Shown here: one piece after another, positions 20,027 through 31,028 of the stretch
Numbering within the stretch: position 1 is the first letter of the stretch
Layout: each line of letters opens with the position of its first letter
Program-made: the position numbers and the translations under genes
Notes under the pieces: generated by a model
Told to the model about the DNA's origin: nothing
What the model saw: only the letters and a program-made list of their open reading frames with translations
The model's database searches: none
Assembly (NCBI GenBank): GCA_964451165.1
Contig: CAYVGJ010000005.1
Coordinates: forward strand, 85,695 to 149,694
Reading direction: 5' to 3'
Length of the DNA stretch: 64,000 nt
Origin: an uncultured bacterium
Lineage (GTDB): Bacteria; Auribacterota; Auribacteria; Auribacterales; Auribacteraceae

Positions 20027-21118
20027 TTAACCCTCCACAATCTGATTGTATAATTTTTCAAAGCTGTTTATCATTTTCACCGAAGAAAAATATTTTTTTA
20101 TTTTTTTTCTCGCGCTGGAACCTATCCGTTCCATAAAATCTCTATCATTAATCAATCTTAATATAGAATTAGTTATCTGATCAACATTTTTAGGTTCAAC
20201 AATCAGTCCGTCTTCCTCATTTTTAATCAATTCTTTCACATCGCCGACATCTGAGGCTATACAAGCTACCCCGCAAGCCATGGCCTCCATCAGAGCTACA
20301 GGCAACCCTTCCCACAATGACGGTAAAACAAAAATATCAGCATTTTGTAGATACGATGTGATATTATCGGAATAACCTTCAAAAAATATTTTATCATCAA
20401 GACCCAGTTCTTTTGATTTATATCTCAGATAATTTTCGAGTTTTCCCTTTCCGATAAGATATAATTTGAAATCAACGCCGGATTGAGCCAACTTCGAAAT
20501 AGCATCGAATAAATATTTATGCCCTTTTTTTTCAGTAAGGCTTGCAATATTAATAATATTTAAAATTCCAATATTTTTCTCCCGAACAGGATATTTTTCC
20601 ACATCCAGTCCATTATGTATAACAACAACCTTATCTTCCTTTATACCTGCTTGTTCTACAAGATACTTTTTACCGGCAATTGAATTTGACACTATAACAG
20701 AACATAATGACGACGTCATTTTATCAATATAATTATGATACCATTTGCGCCACAAATCCACATTGCGTTGAGAAGATATTATATATTTGTATCCAATAAG
20801 TTTACCGATAATTCTCCCCAAAATATTTGAATGAAACAGATATGTATGCAGTATATCGCCTTTATTTTTGCGCAGATAATAAACCAATCTTATCAGCGCT
20901 CCAAAATCTGTTTTTGATTTGAAACAAGGAGTAAAAAAAGGTATATTGTTTTTTTCGCACATCTCGCCAAGGGGTCCCCCGGGCATAAGAGAGATAACAA
21001 CCGATTCAAATCTGTCTTTGTTTAATCCGCAGGCGGTTTGCAGTATCATCCGTTCCGTACCACCGATGGCGGAATCAGTTGTAAGATGGATTATTCTCAA
21101 TTTATTGCGATTATTCAT
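20027..21118 (-). CDS. Glycosyltransferase family 4 (GT-B)
   Basis: C-terminal 'E...EGLPVALMEAMACGVACIASDVG' EX7E motif. Probable start 'MNNRNK' overlaps the asnB stop (ATGA). Confidence 0.75.
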   Translation of the reverse strand: MNNRNKLRIIHLTTDSAIGGTERMILQTACGLNKDRFESVVISLMPGGPLGEMCEKNNIPFFTPCFKSKTDFGALIRLVYYLRKNKGDILHTYLFHSNILGRIIGKLIGYKYIISSQRNVDLWRKWYHNYIDKMTSSLCSVIVSNSIAGKKYLVEQAGIKEDKVVVIHNGLDVEKYPVREKNIGILNIINIASLTEKKGHKYLFDAISKLAQSGVDFKLYLIGKGKLENYLRYKSKELGLDDKIFFEGYSDNITSYLQNADIFVLPSLWEGLPVALMEAMACGVACIASDVGDVKELIKNEEDGLIVEPKNVDQITNSILRLINDRDFMERIGSSARKKIKKYFSSVKMINSFEKLYNQIVEG

Positions 21119-22953
21119 TGTATTCCATTCTGATTTGCCCAAACCTGCCATGTTATAAGATTCCAGATTTGGCGGGTATGATCCTGTTTTCCACTCCGAT
21201 GTTCCAGAACAAGATTACTTACGTATTTTTCATTAAGAAAATTACTCTTCGATAACTTTTCTTTTCCAAGATATTTTGTAACTATTGAGCCGGTATCGTG
21301 TTTTATCCAATCTCTTACCGGAAAAGTAAACCCATGTTTTTCCCTTTTTAAAATCTCTTGCGGCAAAAAACCTTCAAACATTTTCTTTTGCAGAACTTTT
21401 TTATTGCCACCCTCGATTTTTAAACCGATTGGAATTGAAAACACCGTTTTAATCAATTCAATGTCAAGATAAGGTACCCTCGCTTCCAAGCCATTAGCCA
21501 TACTGAGTTTATCGACTTTCATCAACAAATTTTCGGGAAGATAATTCAGCAAATCCCATAAAATCATTTTTTCTATAAAAGAATAACTTTTTTTCGGATT
21601 AAAGATTTCATTCAAATTTATTTCAGCGAAATTTTGTTTTTTTATCAATCCGCTATACTCATTTTTTAAAAATACCCTGTCCCATAAAACAATTTTTTCA
21701 ATAGAATCTATTGAAAAAAACAGGCTCGCGATTTTTTTTATCTTCCTTGAACCCGGAACTAAAGTTTCTATCAGATCAGGTGAAAAACAACCTGAATACT
21801 TAAGAAAACGCAAGTAATTATACTTGTTATAACCACAAAATAGTTCATCTGCGCCCTCACCTGAAAGTATAACTTTCACATCCTGAGACGCTTTCTCAAA
21901 TATAAGATATGTCGGGATCAAGGCTCTATCAGCCACAGGCTCATCCATATGGTATAAAACTCGCTCAATCAACTCAAGGTATCCGGACTCAACATTTAAT
22001 ACCGTATGATTCGTATTAAAATGCTGAGCAATCATTTTGCTGTATTTTTCCTCGCTGTAATCAGGATATTTGTTAAAAACCACAGAGAATGTCGGTATAT
22101 CTAAAGCGCCAAGTTCAGCTAAAGCCGCGACAATTGAGCTTGAATCGATACCTCCACTCAAAAGGACACCAAGAGGTACATCGCTCATCAACCTTTTTTT
22201 CACAGCATTAAAAAATTTATCCCTTAAATTTTCTATCATCGCTTTTTCGTTCACGATAGTTTCCGTATTGAAAAAATCCTGCAATACCCAATATGAATGG
22301 AGATGAAGTTTTCCTTTTTCTAAAACCAGTATCGATCCGGCAGGAAGTTTGAATATATTCTTATATATTGTTTTAGGAGCAGGAACATAATTCAGCGTCA
22401 TATAGAGAGCAACAGATTCCTCATCAATATTTTTGCTGACGGAAGGATGTTCAAACAAAGCTTTTATTTCCGACCCAAAAACAAAACCATTTTGGTCATG
22501 GAAATAATAAAGAGGTTTTTTTCCCATTCTGTCCCGAGCGAGAATAAGTTGATTTAACTTTTTGTTCCATAGACATATGGCAAACATCCCATCAAGCCGG
22601 TTAACAAAATCTAATCCATACTGTTCATACAAATGAATGATTACTTCTGAATCACAATTTGATTCAAACACATGTCCTTTTTTTATTAATTCTCCGCGCA
22701 ACTCAATATAATTATAAATTTCTCCATTGAAAACGAGCACAAGTGACTTATTTTCATTAAAAATAGGTTGGTGCCCGCCCTGGATGTCTATTATACTCAA
22801 TCTCCTGAAACCAAGCTCAACATAATCATCCGAATAAGAACCTTCATCATCCGGGCCCCGATGTTTAATCGAATCAATCATCTTTCCCAGGATTTCATTA
22901 TCTTCCAAAGGGTTTCTATTTTTATATTTATAATATCCGGCTATTCCACACAT
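21115..22953 (-). CDS. asnB: Asparagine synthase (glutamine-hydrolysing) family amidotransferase
   Basis: N-terminal 'MCGIAGY' Ntn glutaminase and 'SGGIDSS' PP-loop. 612 aa. Embedded in a glycosyltransferase operon, as with WbpS-like enzymes. Confidence 0.85.
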   Translation of the reverse strand: MCGIAGYYKYKNRNPLEDNEILGKMIDSIKHRGPDDEGSYSDDYVELGFRRLSIIDIQGGHQPIFNENKSLVLVFNGEIYNYIELRGELIKKGHVFESNCDSEVIIHLYEQYGLDFVNRLDGMFAICLWNKKLNQLILARDRMGKKPLYYFHDQNGFVFGSEIKALFEHPSVSKNIDEESVALYMTLNYVPAPKTIYKNIFKLPAGSILVLEKGKLHLHSYWVLQDFFNTETIVNEKAMIENLRDKFFNAVKKRLMSDVPLGVLLSGGIDSSSIVAALAELGALDIPTFSVVFNKYPDYSEEKYSKMIAQHFNTNHTVLNVESGYLELIERVLYHMDEPVADRALIPTYLIFEKASQDVKVILSGEGADELFCGYNKYNYLRFLKYSGCFSPDLIETLVPGSRKIKKIASLFFSIDSIEKIVLWDRVFLKNEYSGLIKKQNFAEINLNEIFNPKKSYSFIEKMILWDLLNYLPENLLMKVDKLSMANGLEARVPYLDIELIKTVFSIPIGLKIEGGNKKVLQKKMFEGFLPQEILKREKHGFTFPVRDWIKHDTGSIVTKYLGKEKLSKSNFLNEKYVSNLVLEHRSGKQDHTRQIWNLITWQVWANQNGIQ

Positions 22954-22955
22954 TA

Positions 22956-24077
22956 TTATTGAGCCACTTTCTTATAAATCTCTAATGTTTTTCTTGCGGT
23001 ATCTTTCCATGAAAAATTTTTTATATGTTCCAATCCGGATTTTATCAATTTATCCGCAAGCTCTTTATCATTCAGTAAACATAATATTTTTTCAGCTATA
23101 TCTTCCGCATTTTTGGGATCCGCAAACAAAGCGTTTCCGCCGGTTATCTCGTGCCCCCATTCCATATCGCTTACAACAACCGGAACACCGCACGACATCG
23201 CTTCCAGAACAGTCAATCCGAACCCCTCATATAACGAAGGTAATACAAACACCGATGCGTTGTTGTATAATTCTATCAGTTTTCTTTTATCCGTAAAACC
23301 GGTAAAAAAGACAAACTCTTTTATTTTATCATCAGATATTATATCCGACTCCGTCAGATATGACATTCCCTTAATTTGTTTATATTCCCCAACAATTACA
23401 AGTTTAACATCCATATTCCGCTTGTTTCTGATTATATTTATCGCTTCTACAAGCTTTATTATATTCTTTCTCCGGTCAATTCCTCCAACATAGAGAACAA
23501 AACCTTTTCCGATCCCCAATTCAACGTTATTTCTTATTTCAGGATCAATCCTGAAGTCCTCGTCATATGAAAGTGGAATATGGTTCACTTTGTCATATTT
23601 TAAGCAAAAATAGCGGTCTATATCTTTTTTTGAGGATAATGAATCGGTAATAATTATTCTGGTGTTGATTCTTATTAAAAAATATATGAATCTGATCAGA
23701 AAAAGCATCCAACTCGAAACGAGTTTATTCTCTTTACATAAAACCGGGCTTATATCATGCAAAGTTACTACCGTTTTAACAAACGGAAACAACCAGACAG
23801 AATTATCCGGAAAATGAAACACATCTATTTTATCTCTAATAACATGAAACGGGAGCTGAAAATTTTTCCATATAAAATTATTTAGTTTTCGGGCAATAAT
23901 TCTCTGAGTTATTTTGCTATTTGATTCAATGTTATCAATCTGTTTATCCGTATATAGATATATATGGAAATCCTCATCAATTTCAATCAGCGATTCAAGA
24001 AGTTGGCGAAGGTATATCTCAAACCCTCTTCTATTTTTATTTAGAATGATTCCTGAAATTCCTATATTAATTCCCAT
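22956..24077 (-). CDS. Glycosyltransferase family 4 (GT-B)
   Basis: 'LPSLYEGFGLTVLEAMSCGVPVVVSD' motif. 373 aa. Confidence 0.7.
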   Translation of the reverse strand: MGINIGISGIILNKNRRGFEIYLRQLLESLIEIDEDFHIYLYTDKQIDNIESNSKITQRIIARKLNNFIWKNFQLPFHVIRDKIDVFHFPDNSVWLFPFVKTVVTLHDISPVLCKENKLVSSWMLFLIRFIYFLIRINTRIIITDSLSSKKDIDRYFCLKYDKVNHIPLSYDEDFRIDPEIRNNVELGIGKGFVLYVGGIDRRKNIIKLVEAINIIRNKRNMDVKLVIVGEYKQIKGMSYLTESDIISDDKIKEFVFFTGFTDKRKLIELYNNASVFVLPSLYEGFGLTVLEAMSCGVPVVVSDMEWGHEITGGNALFADPKNAEDIAEKILCLLNDKELADKLIKSGLEHIKNFSWKDTARKTLEIYKKVAQ

Positions 24078-25268
24078 TTAGTTTTCTTGATTCAGGTTTA
24101 AAATTCGACGATAAATTTTTTCCACATTTTCACCATAACTTTGTGCTGAAAAAACATCTCTTGCCCGCCCCCAGGCCGCCTCAGATAAACGCCGACGTAA
24201 CATCGGTTCTTCAGACATCAGAACAATTGATTCCGCAAGTTTCTGGTAATCATCAGGTTTAAACAGAACTCCTGTTTTCCCGTCTATGATAATTTCCGGT
24301 ATTGCACCAGAATTCGAACCGATTACAGGAATTCCTTCGGACATAGCTTCTATTATAACTCTGCCGAACGGTTCGGATATTGAAGTAATCGCCAAAACAT
24401 CGAGATCTTTCATTAACTCTGCGGAATCTGTCCGGTACCCTAAGAATTTTACTTGTTTTTCCAGATGCCATCGTTTAAGCAGATCGTACAACCATTCTTT
24501 ATACTGTATATCCACTTGCATCTGTTTTGGATTCGACGTAACACAATCGCCTATAATCACTCCATAGATATTGTTTCGCGTTTTTGAGACAAGTTTAAAC
24601 GCTTCAAGAAACGTTTCCATTCTTTTGAAAGCTGTAATTCGTCCCAACATACCCACAATAAAACAGGGATTTTTTATATCCATCGCCCGTATCAGCTTAT
24701 CTGATTTATAAGATACTCTTTGAAATGGTTTAACGCTCACACCATTATAAACAACATTTATTTTTTCAGGATTGCGCTTAAACGATCGATAAAACGGTTT
24801 TGCGACCTCATTGGATATACATATAACGGCATCTACCATTTTATAAACTAATCCTCCCGTCAGACCAAACTTGCTATTATAATTTCTCACATGCCATACT
24901 ACCGGACGCCCGGAAAAAGTAGCCAACGCGATACAATGAAAAACCGATGTGGTTTTATTCGCATGTATAATTTTTATTTTATTCTTTTTTACCCATCTCG
25001 CTTTAAAAAAACCGAATAAAAATAAGTTCAATATCCAGTACAAAAACTTAAATGGATTATATGAACGATAAATTATCGGCATCCAACATACTTTTACACT
25101 TGCTCCCAAAGATATCAGTTCATCATGAAATATTCCCTTATTCGGCAAAACGCAGAATACTTTACAACCTGTTTGTATAAAATACTTTACAAGTTCATAC
25201 ATTGATTTTTCGCCACCACCTGGCTCGCCACCATGATCTGAAATAAAAAGAATTCGTTGATCCGTCAT
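24078..25268 (-). CDS. Glycosyltransferase family 4 (GT-B)
   Basis: 'SISEPFGRVIIEAMSEGIPVIGS' motif. 396 aa. Confidence 0.75.
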   Translation of the reverse strand: MTDQRILFISDHGGEPGGGEKSMYELVKYFIQTGCKVFCVLPNKGIFHDELISLGASVKVCWMPIIYRSYNPFKFLYWILNLFLFGFFKARWVKKNKIKIIHANKTTSVFHCIALATFSGRPVVWHVRNYNSKFGLTGGLVYKMVDAVICISNEVAKPFYRSFKRNPEKINVVYNGVSVKPFQRVSYKSDKLIRAMDIKNPCFIVGMLGRITAFKRMETFLEAFKLVSKTRNNIYGVIIGDCVTSNPKQMQVDIQYKEWLYDLLKRWHLEKQVKFLGYRTDSAELMKDLDVLAITSISEPFGRVIIEAMSEGIPVIGSNSGAIPEIIIDGKTGVLFKPDDYQKLAESIVLMSEEPMLRRRLSEAAWGRARDVFSAQSYGENVEKIYRRILNLNQEN

Positions 25269-25287
25269 TTAATTCTCATCCTGACTT

Positions 25288-27321
25288 TTACTTTTTATAT
25301 TTGAATTGAAATATTGACAAAAGATAAAATAATCCGACAATAAAAATTAAATTTTTAAAGCCTACCACCATCCCTGAATATTCCATAACACCGCCAATCA
25401 TGGATCCAAGGAGATTTGCACCCATCGCGGCGGATTTTTGAGGCGAATCTGAGAATTTTTTTATGAAAATTATTCCTGAAAAAAATATTGGAAGACCTAT
25501 CAATATTCCAGCCATTAAAGATTTAAGAAAAAGTCCGTAATACAATATCATTTTCAGCGGGAAAAAATAATTTACCGCCAGAGAAATAAACAGCAACAAA
25601 TAATAGATTCTTATATTTTGAACCTTAAATAATGAATAATACAAATTCCCGATCAAAATAGTTATAAATATGGCGGTGAAAACCATAGAGTTCACTATCC
25701 ACGTGGAACCAAACAGCAATGACATCTGCGTAATAGATTTTGTCTCAAAAAGAAGAAAACCGGCACCAAGAAAAAAGAATGTCGGCTGAAACCTATTTAT
25801 TACATCTGTTCCGGTAACTGTAATTCCCGCTATGGAGATTATCAGGATAGACACTATCACAATAAAGTAATCGAATGGTATTTTTTTATCTTTCAGATAA
25901 AAAAACGGCCAGTTATCGGTAGTCGGTTTTATCTCATCGGTTCCGAATATAGACGGATCAACTTTGTCATATCCTTTAAGATCGTCGGTTTTCAAACCAT
26001 AGACATAAGTCCATCCATTAGGTTCTTTGCCTGAGCTCAAAATCAATGGAGGTTCGCCTGTACCTTTTTTCATGATCTGATACAGCCTGTTTCCAATCCA
26101 ATCTTTGGTCACACAAAAAGTCAAAGCTATAATTCCGCCGGGTTTTAGAAGTGCTTTCGCCTCTTTTATACTTTGAACAGTATAAACATAATTATCAAGC
26201 CTCAAATCAGACATACTTGAGAACAACTGATGCGAATCAAGAAATCCAAATACAATAATATCGTATTTTCTATCGGTTTTTCTAAAAAAAGATCTCGCAT
26301 CGTCAACATATCTGTGAACCCGTAAATCAGAATACGGTTTTTCCGGATGCTTTTTCGCCCCGATTTTTAATATCAGTGGATCTATATCAACAGCGTCTAT
26401 TCGTTTAACCCCCATCCTGAGAGCGGCAGAAACATCGTTTCCCGTACCTGCGCCAACAACCAAAACATCCGATGCGTATGAATGAATCCGATATGGAAGT
26501 TCATATAACCTTGCCCATTCCTGCCATGACTGCCTGTTGACACTGATCTTGTTTATGGTTTCCGTGGATAAATCCATCGCCATTTGATGATAATCGTTAT
26601 TTACCGTTAATGTAAACCCTTTTGCCTCTTTATGATTAAGCCTGTCGATTTCTATTTTATAATATGGCGACCAAAAAGAAAATTTGTCTATCTGATAGAC
26701 CCACACAAGAACCACACAGAAAATTACCACTGTAATAATACATAGTAATTTCGATGCTTGCGTTAAAAAAAAATATGTATACAACGCAAGAAATATCGCG
26801 AACAACCATATAGGAGGCATTAAGTTATACGATAACAGCGAATAAAGTAAAATTCCCGTCACGCTTCCTAAAATATTAACCGTATATCCATAAACTGGCG
26901 GAAGTTTATCGAATAATCTGCCTGACTGCTGACCGATTGGAATAAAAAGAAAAGATATCAGCACAAAGAAAAACGGCAAAAACCATTTCAGCTGGATTTT
27001 CGCCAATGGTGTCATTATGGTTTGCCAGAAATAAACCTGTGAACCATACTCAACTTCTATCGAGTGTTTTGAAAATATATAACAGACAGTAATATTTAAA
27101 AGTAAAACAAAAGGAAATGTGTATAACAACTTTTTCTTTATTGGAGCGAGCATATATCCCAGTCCCCAGCCGAAAAAGGCCGCAAGCAGAACTATATTGG
27201 TGTAATACGCAAGAACCCTAACCTGAGCAGGTATCCATCTAATGCAAGCCATTTCCAGAAATAACCCAAGCAAACTAACTAAAAACAATTCTACTGCAAG
27301 TCGAAAGTTTTCTTTAGGCAT
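25288..27321 (-). CDS. Polytopic membrane protein fused to a spermidine/spermine-synthase-like (class I MTase-fold) domain
   Basis: Central 'VLVVGAGTGNDV...RIDAVDIDP...DIIVFGFLD' aminopropyltransferase-like motifs, flanked by about 12 predicted TM helices. Confidence 0.6.
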   Translation of the reverse strand: MPKENFRLAVELFLVSLLGLFLEMACIRWIPAQVRVLAYYTNIVLLAAFFGWGLGYMLAPIKKKLLYTFPFVLLLNITVCYIFSKHSIEVEYGSQVYFWQTIMTPLAKIQLKWFLPFFFVLISFLFIPIGQQSGRLFDKLPPVYGYTVNILGSVTGILLYSLLSYNLMPPIWLFAIFLALYTYFFLTQASKLLCIITVVIFCVVLVWVYQIDKFSFWSPYYKIEIDRLNHKEAKGFTLTVNNDYHQMAMDLSTETINKISVNRQSWQEWARLYELPYRIHSYASDVLVVGAGTGNDVSAALRMGVKRIDAVDIDPLILKIGAKKHPEKPYSDLRVHRYVDDARSFFRKTDRKYDIIVFGFLDSHQLFSSMSDLRLDNYVYTVQSIKEAKALLKPGGIIALTFCVTKDWIGNRLYQIMKKGTGEPPLILSSGKEPNGWTYVYGLKTDDLKGYDKVDPSIFGTDEIKPTTDNWPFFYLKDKKIPFDYFIVIVSILIISIAGITVTGTDVINRFQPTFFFLGAGFLLFETKSITQMSLLFGSTWIVNSMVFTAIFITILIGNLYYSLFKVQNIRIYYLLLFISLAVNYFFPLKMILYYGLFLKSLMAGILIGLPIFFSGIIFIKKFSDSPQKSAAMGANLLGSMIGGVMEYSGMVVGFKNLIFIVGLFYLLSIFQFKYKK

Positions 27322-27337
27322 TTTTCACTCCATAATT

Positions 27338-29377
27338 TTATTTTACATTCGTTTTATATTGATTTATTTTATCCGCGGCTTTATGCCCATAACTTCCGGA
27401 ATTCAAAACCATTTGCCAGCTTTGCACCGCTTTTTCAATATTACCGAGATTCTCATAACACAACCCTTTATAATACCAGATATATTCTTCGGCAGGATAC
27501 AATTTATTGGCTCTTTCCCAGAACTTTAATGCCTTATGATAATCATGTTGCCTGAAAAATAAAGACGCTATTTTATCTAAAGTCTCAAGATTCTTATTAT
27601 CCAATGACAATGCCTCGTAATAATATTCCCGCGATCTATCAAACTGTTTAAGAGCATCATAACAATCACCCAGTTTTATATATCCCCTGATCTCTTTCGG
27701 ATCATACGCAATAAGATCCTGCGCCGCAGATATCGCTTTTGCTATATCATTGCGATTTATATATATCCTTATTAAAGCATGATATATCGATGATTTACGA
27801 TCAACCTGTGAAAGCCCGGTTATACAGGTTGATATAGCCTTATCATACATCCCTTTTTTCATATATGTGAGAGCAAGGTTACTGTATCCATCCTCCACTT
27901 CTGGATTAGTTTTCAATAATATTGTATACTGATATATTGCCTGATCATAATCACCCAGTTCATCATAAATATACCCCAGAAATTTTCGTGTTTCCGCATG
28001 ATCCGGTTTATTCCTTAACGACCTGCGCAATACTTCAATGGCTTTTTTCTTATACCCTTTTTCCCAAAAAGAGTAAGCGAGATTATAATAAGCGGAATAA
28101 CTATAGGGAATATCTTTTATTGTGGTTTTCCAGAAAATAATTCCATTTTTCCATTCGGCGTTTCTCTTTAACGTCCCAATCCCCATAAGAATAAAAACGG
28201 TCGCAAAAAAAGCGCATAGTACTCTCTTATACGTTGTCAAAGAAATAGTTTTAAAGGAAAAATCAGAAAACTTAGTTGAGGCTATAACAAATAAGGCACA
28301 ATACCCGATGGACGGCAAATATAGAAATCGTTCCGCCATTATATCGCCAATTAAAATTATATTCGATACCGGCAACAGGCAAACCAATATAAATAGACTT
28401 AGAAATTGCCACAATTTGCGCTCTTTAAAAAATAAAAACGTTATCCACAACCAGATAATGACAATACTCATCGATAACAGAACTCTCCAATCAAAAAAAG
28501 TAGTGGATATATCCCATTGCCGATATACGCATACCAAATCGGTCGGCAATATGAGCAGTTTCAGGTACCATGCGAACACCCGCAACATAGTCAGAAATAT
28601 AGAATATACTGGTGTACTATGAAAAAATTGCTCCGTTCCGGCAGGCCCGACGGAACCTATCACCTGCCATCTTATCGCCATATACACCGAAAACATCAAT
28701 CCATATGGAATGAAGAGCACAAGCGATTTTGTTATTTTCTTTAAACATACAGCAGATTCAAAATAAATTATTGTCATTAGAACAATAATCGGGAAAATGA
28801 AACTGTTTTCCTTTGTACATAATGCTAATAAATATGATAATGAACTTATTATCATATATTTATCTATTATTTTAATATTCTCTACATTATAGTCGACTTT
28901 TTTGTAAACTTTAAAAAAGGAAAACCAGGATATACAGAAAAACATTGTTGTAATAACTTCCGCTCTCCCAACAATGCCTGTTACGGCTTCAGTATGAACA
29001 GGATGAACAGCAAACAAAACCGAAGCTAAGAAAGCACTTTCCTCTTTGATTTTCAATTCTCTTAATATCAAGAATACAAAAAAACAAACCAATATATGGG
29101 CAATAATATTTATAAAATGATAACCGACAGGATTTTTACCCCAGAAATAGTAATCAACAGCATAAGTAATAAACACAAAAGGACGGTATAATCCCGCGTT
29201 TGCTTTATCATGCCAGTAATTGGTTGTAAGAATGGATTTCAGATCGCATATATTTTGAATCGCTTTGTTGTTCAGGATGATATCCGGATCGTCAAATACA
29301 AATTCATTTTTGTAGATATTGCTGAAAAATAATAAACATGTGATAATTATAAAAACCAGCCTCAAGTGGAATCTCAT
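27338..29377 (-). CDS. GT-C-fold (PMT/ArnT-like) membrane glycosyltransferase with C-terminal TPR repeats
   Basis: N-terminal multi-TM region including a 'FDD' acidic motif near the first loop. The C-terminal ~300 aa are TPR repeats. Confidence 0.55.
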   Translation of the reverse strand: MRFHLRLVFIIITCLLFFSNIYKNEFVFDDPDIILNNKAIQNICDLKSILTTNYWHDKANAGLYRPFVFITYAVDYYFWGKNPVGYHFINIIAHILVCFFVFLILRELKIKEESAFLASVLFAVHPVHTEAVTGIVGRAEVITTMFFCISWFSFFKVYKKVDYNVENIKIIDKYMIISSLSYLLALCTKENSFIFPIIVLMTIIYFESAVCLKKITKSLVLFIPYGLMFSVYMAIRWQVIGSVGPAGTEQFFHSTPVYSIFLTMLRVFAWYLKLLILPTDLVCVYRQWDISTTFFDWRVLLSMSIVIIWLWITFLFFKERKLWQFLSLFILVCLLPVSNIILIGDIMAERFLYLPSIGYCALFVIASTKFSDFSFKTISLTTYKRVLCAFFATVFILMGIGTLKRNAEWKNGIIFWKTTIKDIPYSYSAYYNLAYSFWEKGYKKKAIEVLRRSLRNKPDHAETRKFLGYIYDELGDYDQAIYQYTILLKTNPEVEDGYSNLALTYMKKGMYDKAISTCITGLSQVDRKSSIYHALIRIYINRNDIAKAISAAQDLIAYDPKEIRGYIKLGDCYDALKQFDRSREYYYEALSLDNKNLETLDKIASLFFRQHDYHKALKFWERANKLYPAEEYIWYYKGLCYENLGNIEKAVQSWQMVLNSGSYGHKAADKINQYKTNVK

Positions 29378-29384
29378 AAATAAT

Positions 29385-29420
29385 CCTGATTAAATTTTAA
29401 AAACGAGTATGATATAATAT
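29385..29420 (+). promoter_or_regulatory. Putative sigma70-type promoter with an extended -10 (TGATATAAT) for hemW
   Basis: Exact TGnTATAAT match about 60 nt upstream of the hemW ATG. The -35 is weak. Confidence 0.25.
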
Positions 29421-29479
29421 CAGTAGTAAACTAAATTTGTCCAAAAAAATCAAATATATTTGCAATGAGGTAAACTGTC

Positions 29480-30619
29480 ATGAAAACCGGAATATATATT
29501 CATTTTCCTTTCTGTTTACAAAAATGCAGATATTGCGCTTTCTATTCTATTAATTTCAATCCGGATTTATCGGAGAAATATATCGAATGTTTAATAGAAG
29601 AGATCGATCTACAATCACGATACACGGAAATGTTTCCAATAGAATCCATATATTTCGGAGGAGGAACACCTTCTCTTCTTGAGTCGAAAAACATATTAAG
29701 GATTATATCAAAAATCGATAAAAAATTCTATATATCTTCCGATGCGGAAATCACTATTGAGGCAAATCCTGCTACAATAAATAAGAAAAAGGCATTGGAA
29801 TTAAAAAATTCATCCGTTAACAGGATTAGCCTTGGGTTTCAATCGTTTGACCCAAACATTCTCTCTTTTTTAGGCAGAGTACACCACGTTAAGGATAATT
29901 ATAAAACGTATGGCATACTGAAAGAATCCGGTTTCGATAATATCAGTGTGGACCTGATGTTTGCCATTCCCGGACAGACAATGGCTCAATGGGAACATTC
30001 TCTGTGTGAAGCAATTAAACTTAACCCGCAACATATATCTCTTTACTGTTTCAGCTTCGATCCAGGTACAGAACTAACCGATCTTCGTAAATTAGGCAAA
30101 ATTTTTCCGGCAAAAGAAGATATAGAACTATCTATGTTCAAAAAAGGTATCGACTTTTTGACCGATAATGGATATGCCCATTATGAGATCTCAAATTTCG
30201 CATTGCCGAAATATGAAGCAAAACATAATAAACTTTACTGGAATAATTATTCATATATTGGGCTTGGAACAGCTGCATTCAGTTATATTAACAGGAAAAG
30301 GTTCAGCTGTCTTTCAGACGTAAACAAATATATTTTAAATATAAAATCACGGAAAACGATATATGGTAAACCGGAAGAATTATCAGATGAGAAATCTCTT
30401 AGAGAAACATCCGCTCTTAATATACGGCTTTTAAAAGAAGGAATTAATTTTAAAAAACTTGAAATGTTATATCCAAAACTTAACCCAAGAAAAATATTGC
30501 GCGATACGATAGACGGTTTACTAAAAGATGGTTTACTGGTACAGACCGACGATGAAATATTTTGTTTGACTTCAAAAGGAATTTATTTGTCTGATTATGT
30601 TGCATCACAAATAGTATGA
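29480..30619 (+). CDS. hemW: Radical SAM family haem chaperone HemW (HemN-like, oxygen-independent coproporphyrinogen-III oxidase-like)
   Basis: 'CLQKCRYCAFYS' radical-SAM motif and 'GGGTPS'. 379 aa. Confidence 0.85.
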   Translation: MKTGIYIHFPFCLQKCRYCAFYSINFNPDLSEKYIECLIEEIDLQSRYTEMFPIESIYFGGGTPSLLESKNILRIISKIDKKFYISSDAEITIEANPATINKKKALELKNSSVNRISLGFQSFDPNILSFLGRVHHVKDNYKTYGILKESGFDNISVDLMFAIPGQTMAQWEHSLCEAIKLNPQHISLYCFSFDPGTELTDLRKLGKIFPAKEDIELSMFKKGIDFLTDNGYAHYEISNFALPKYEAKHNKLYWNNYSYIGLGTAAFSYINRKRFSCLSDVNKYILNIKSRKTIYGKPEELSDEKSLRETSALNIRLLKEGINFKKLEMLYPKLNPRKILRDTIDGLLKDGLLVQTDDEIFCLTSKGIYLSDYVASQIV

Positions 30620-30639
30620 CGATTCCTTTTAAATTTTGA

Positions 30640-30867
30640 TTATACCAATGGATTAAATTTAAAATTTGGATCCAGCTCCGTCAATTCTTTAGCGAGAGAA
30701 TTGATTTTCTCTTTTTCGATATCGCTTTTGGTATGCATCCATGAATTATACGCATCCAAAAACTCGTCTTGCTTGCTTTTCAGATGTAATTCTTTCTCAA
30801 AAGCATTCAGATGATCAAAAAATTGTTTTAAATCATTTGCCGACAGATCATTCATTTTGCACCTCAA
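30640..30867 (-). CDS. Small hypothetical protein (75 aa), probably helical
   Basis: ORF only, with no recognisable motif. Sits in an otherwise gene-free 400-bp interval. Confidence 0.3.
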   Translation of the reverse strand: MRCKMNDLSANDLKQFFDHLNAFEKELHLKSKQDEFLDAYNSWMHTKSDIEKEKINSLAKELTELDPNFKFNPLV

Positions 30868-31028
30868 TTGAAAAACTTTTCCCCATATCTTTTTTTTCTA
30901 TAGATTATATATCGTCTACGCAAAAAATTTTCTTTAATCAAAATATTAAAATTCGACTCAATTTTTATTTTAATGTTGAACGTTAAAGAAAAAATATTAC
31001 AGCAGAATTAGTTTTGAGTTTTAATTAC

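Noticed and set aside
28122-28622. 166-aa plus-strand ORF inside the GT-C/TPR gene
   Set aside because: Antisense overlap with a long, coherent membrane-protein frame. No start context.
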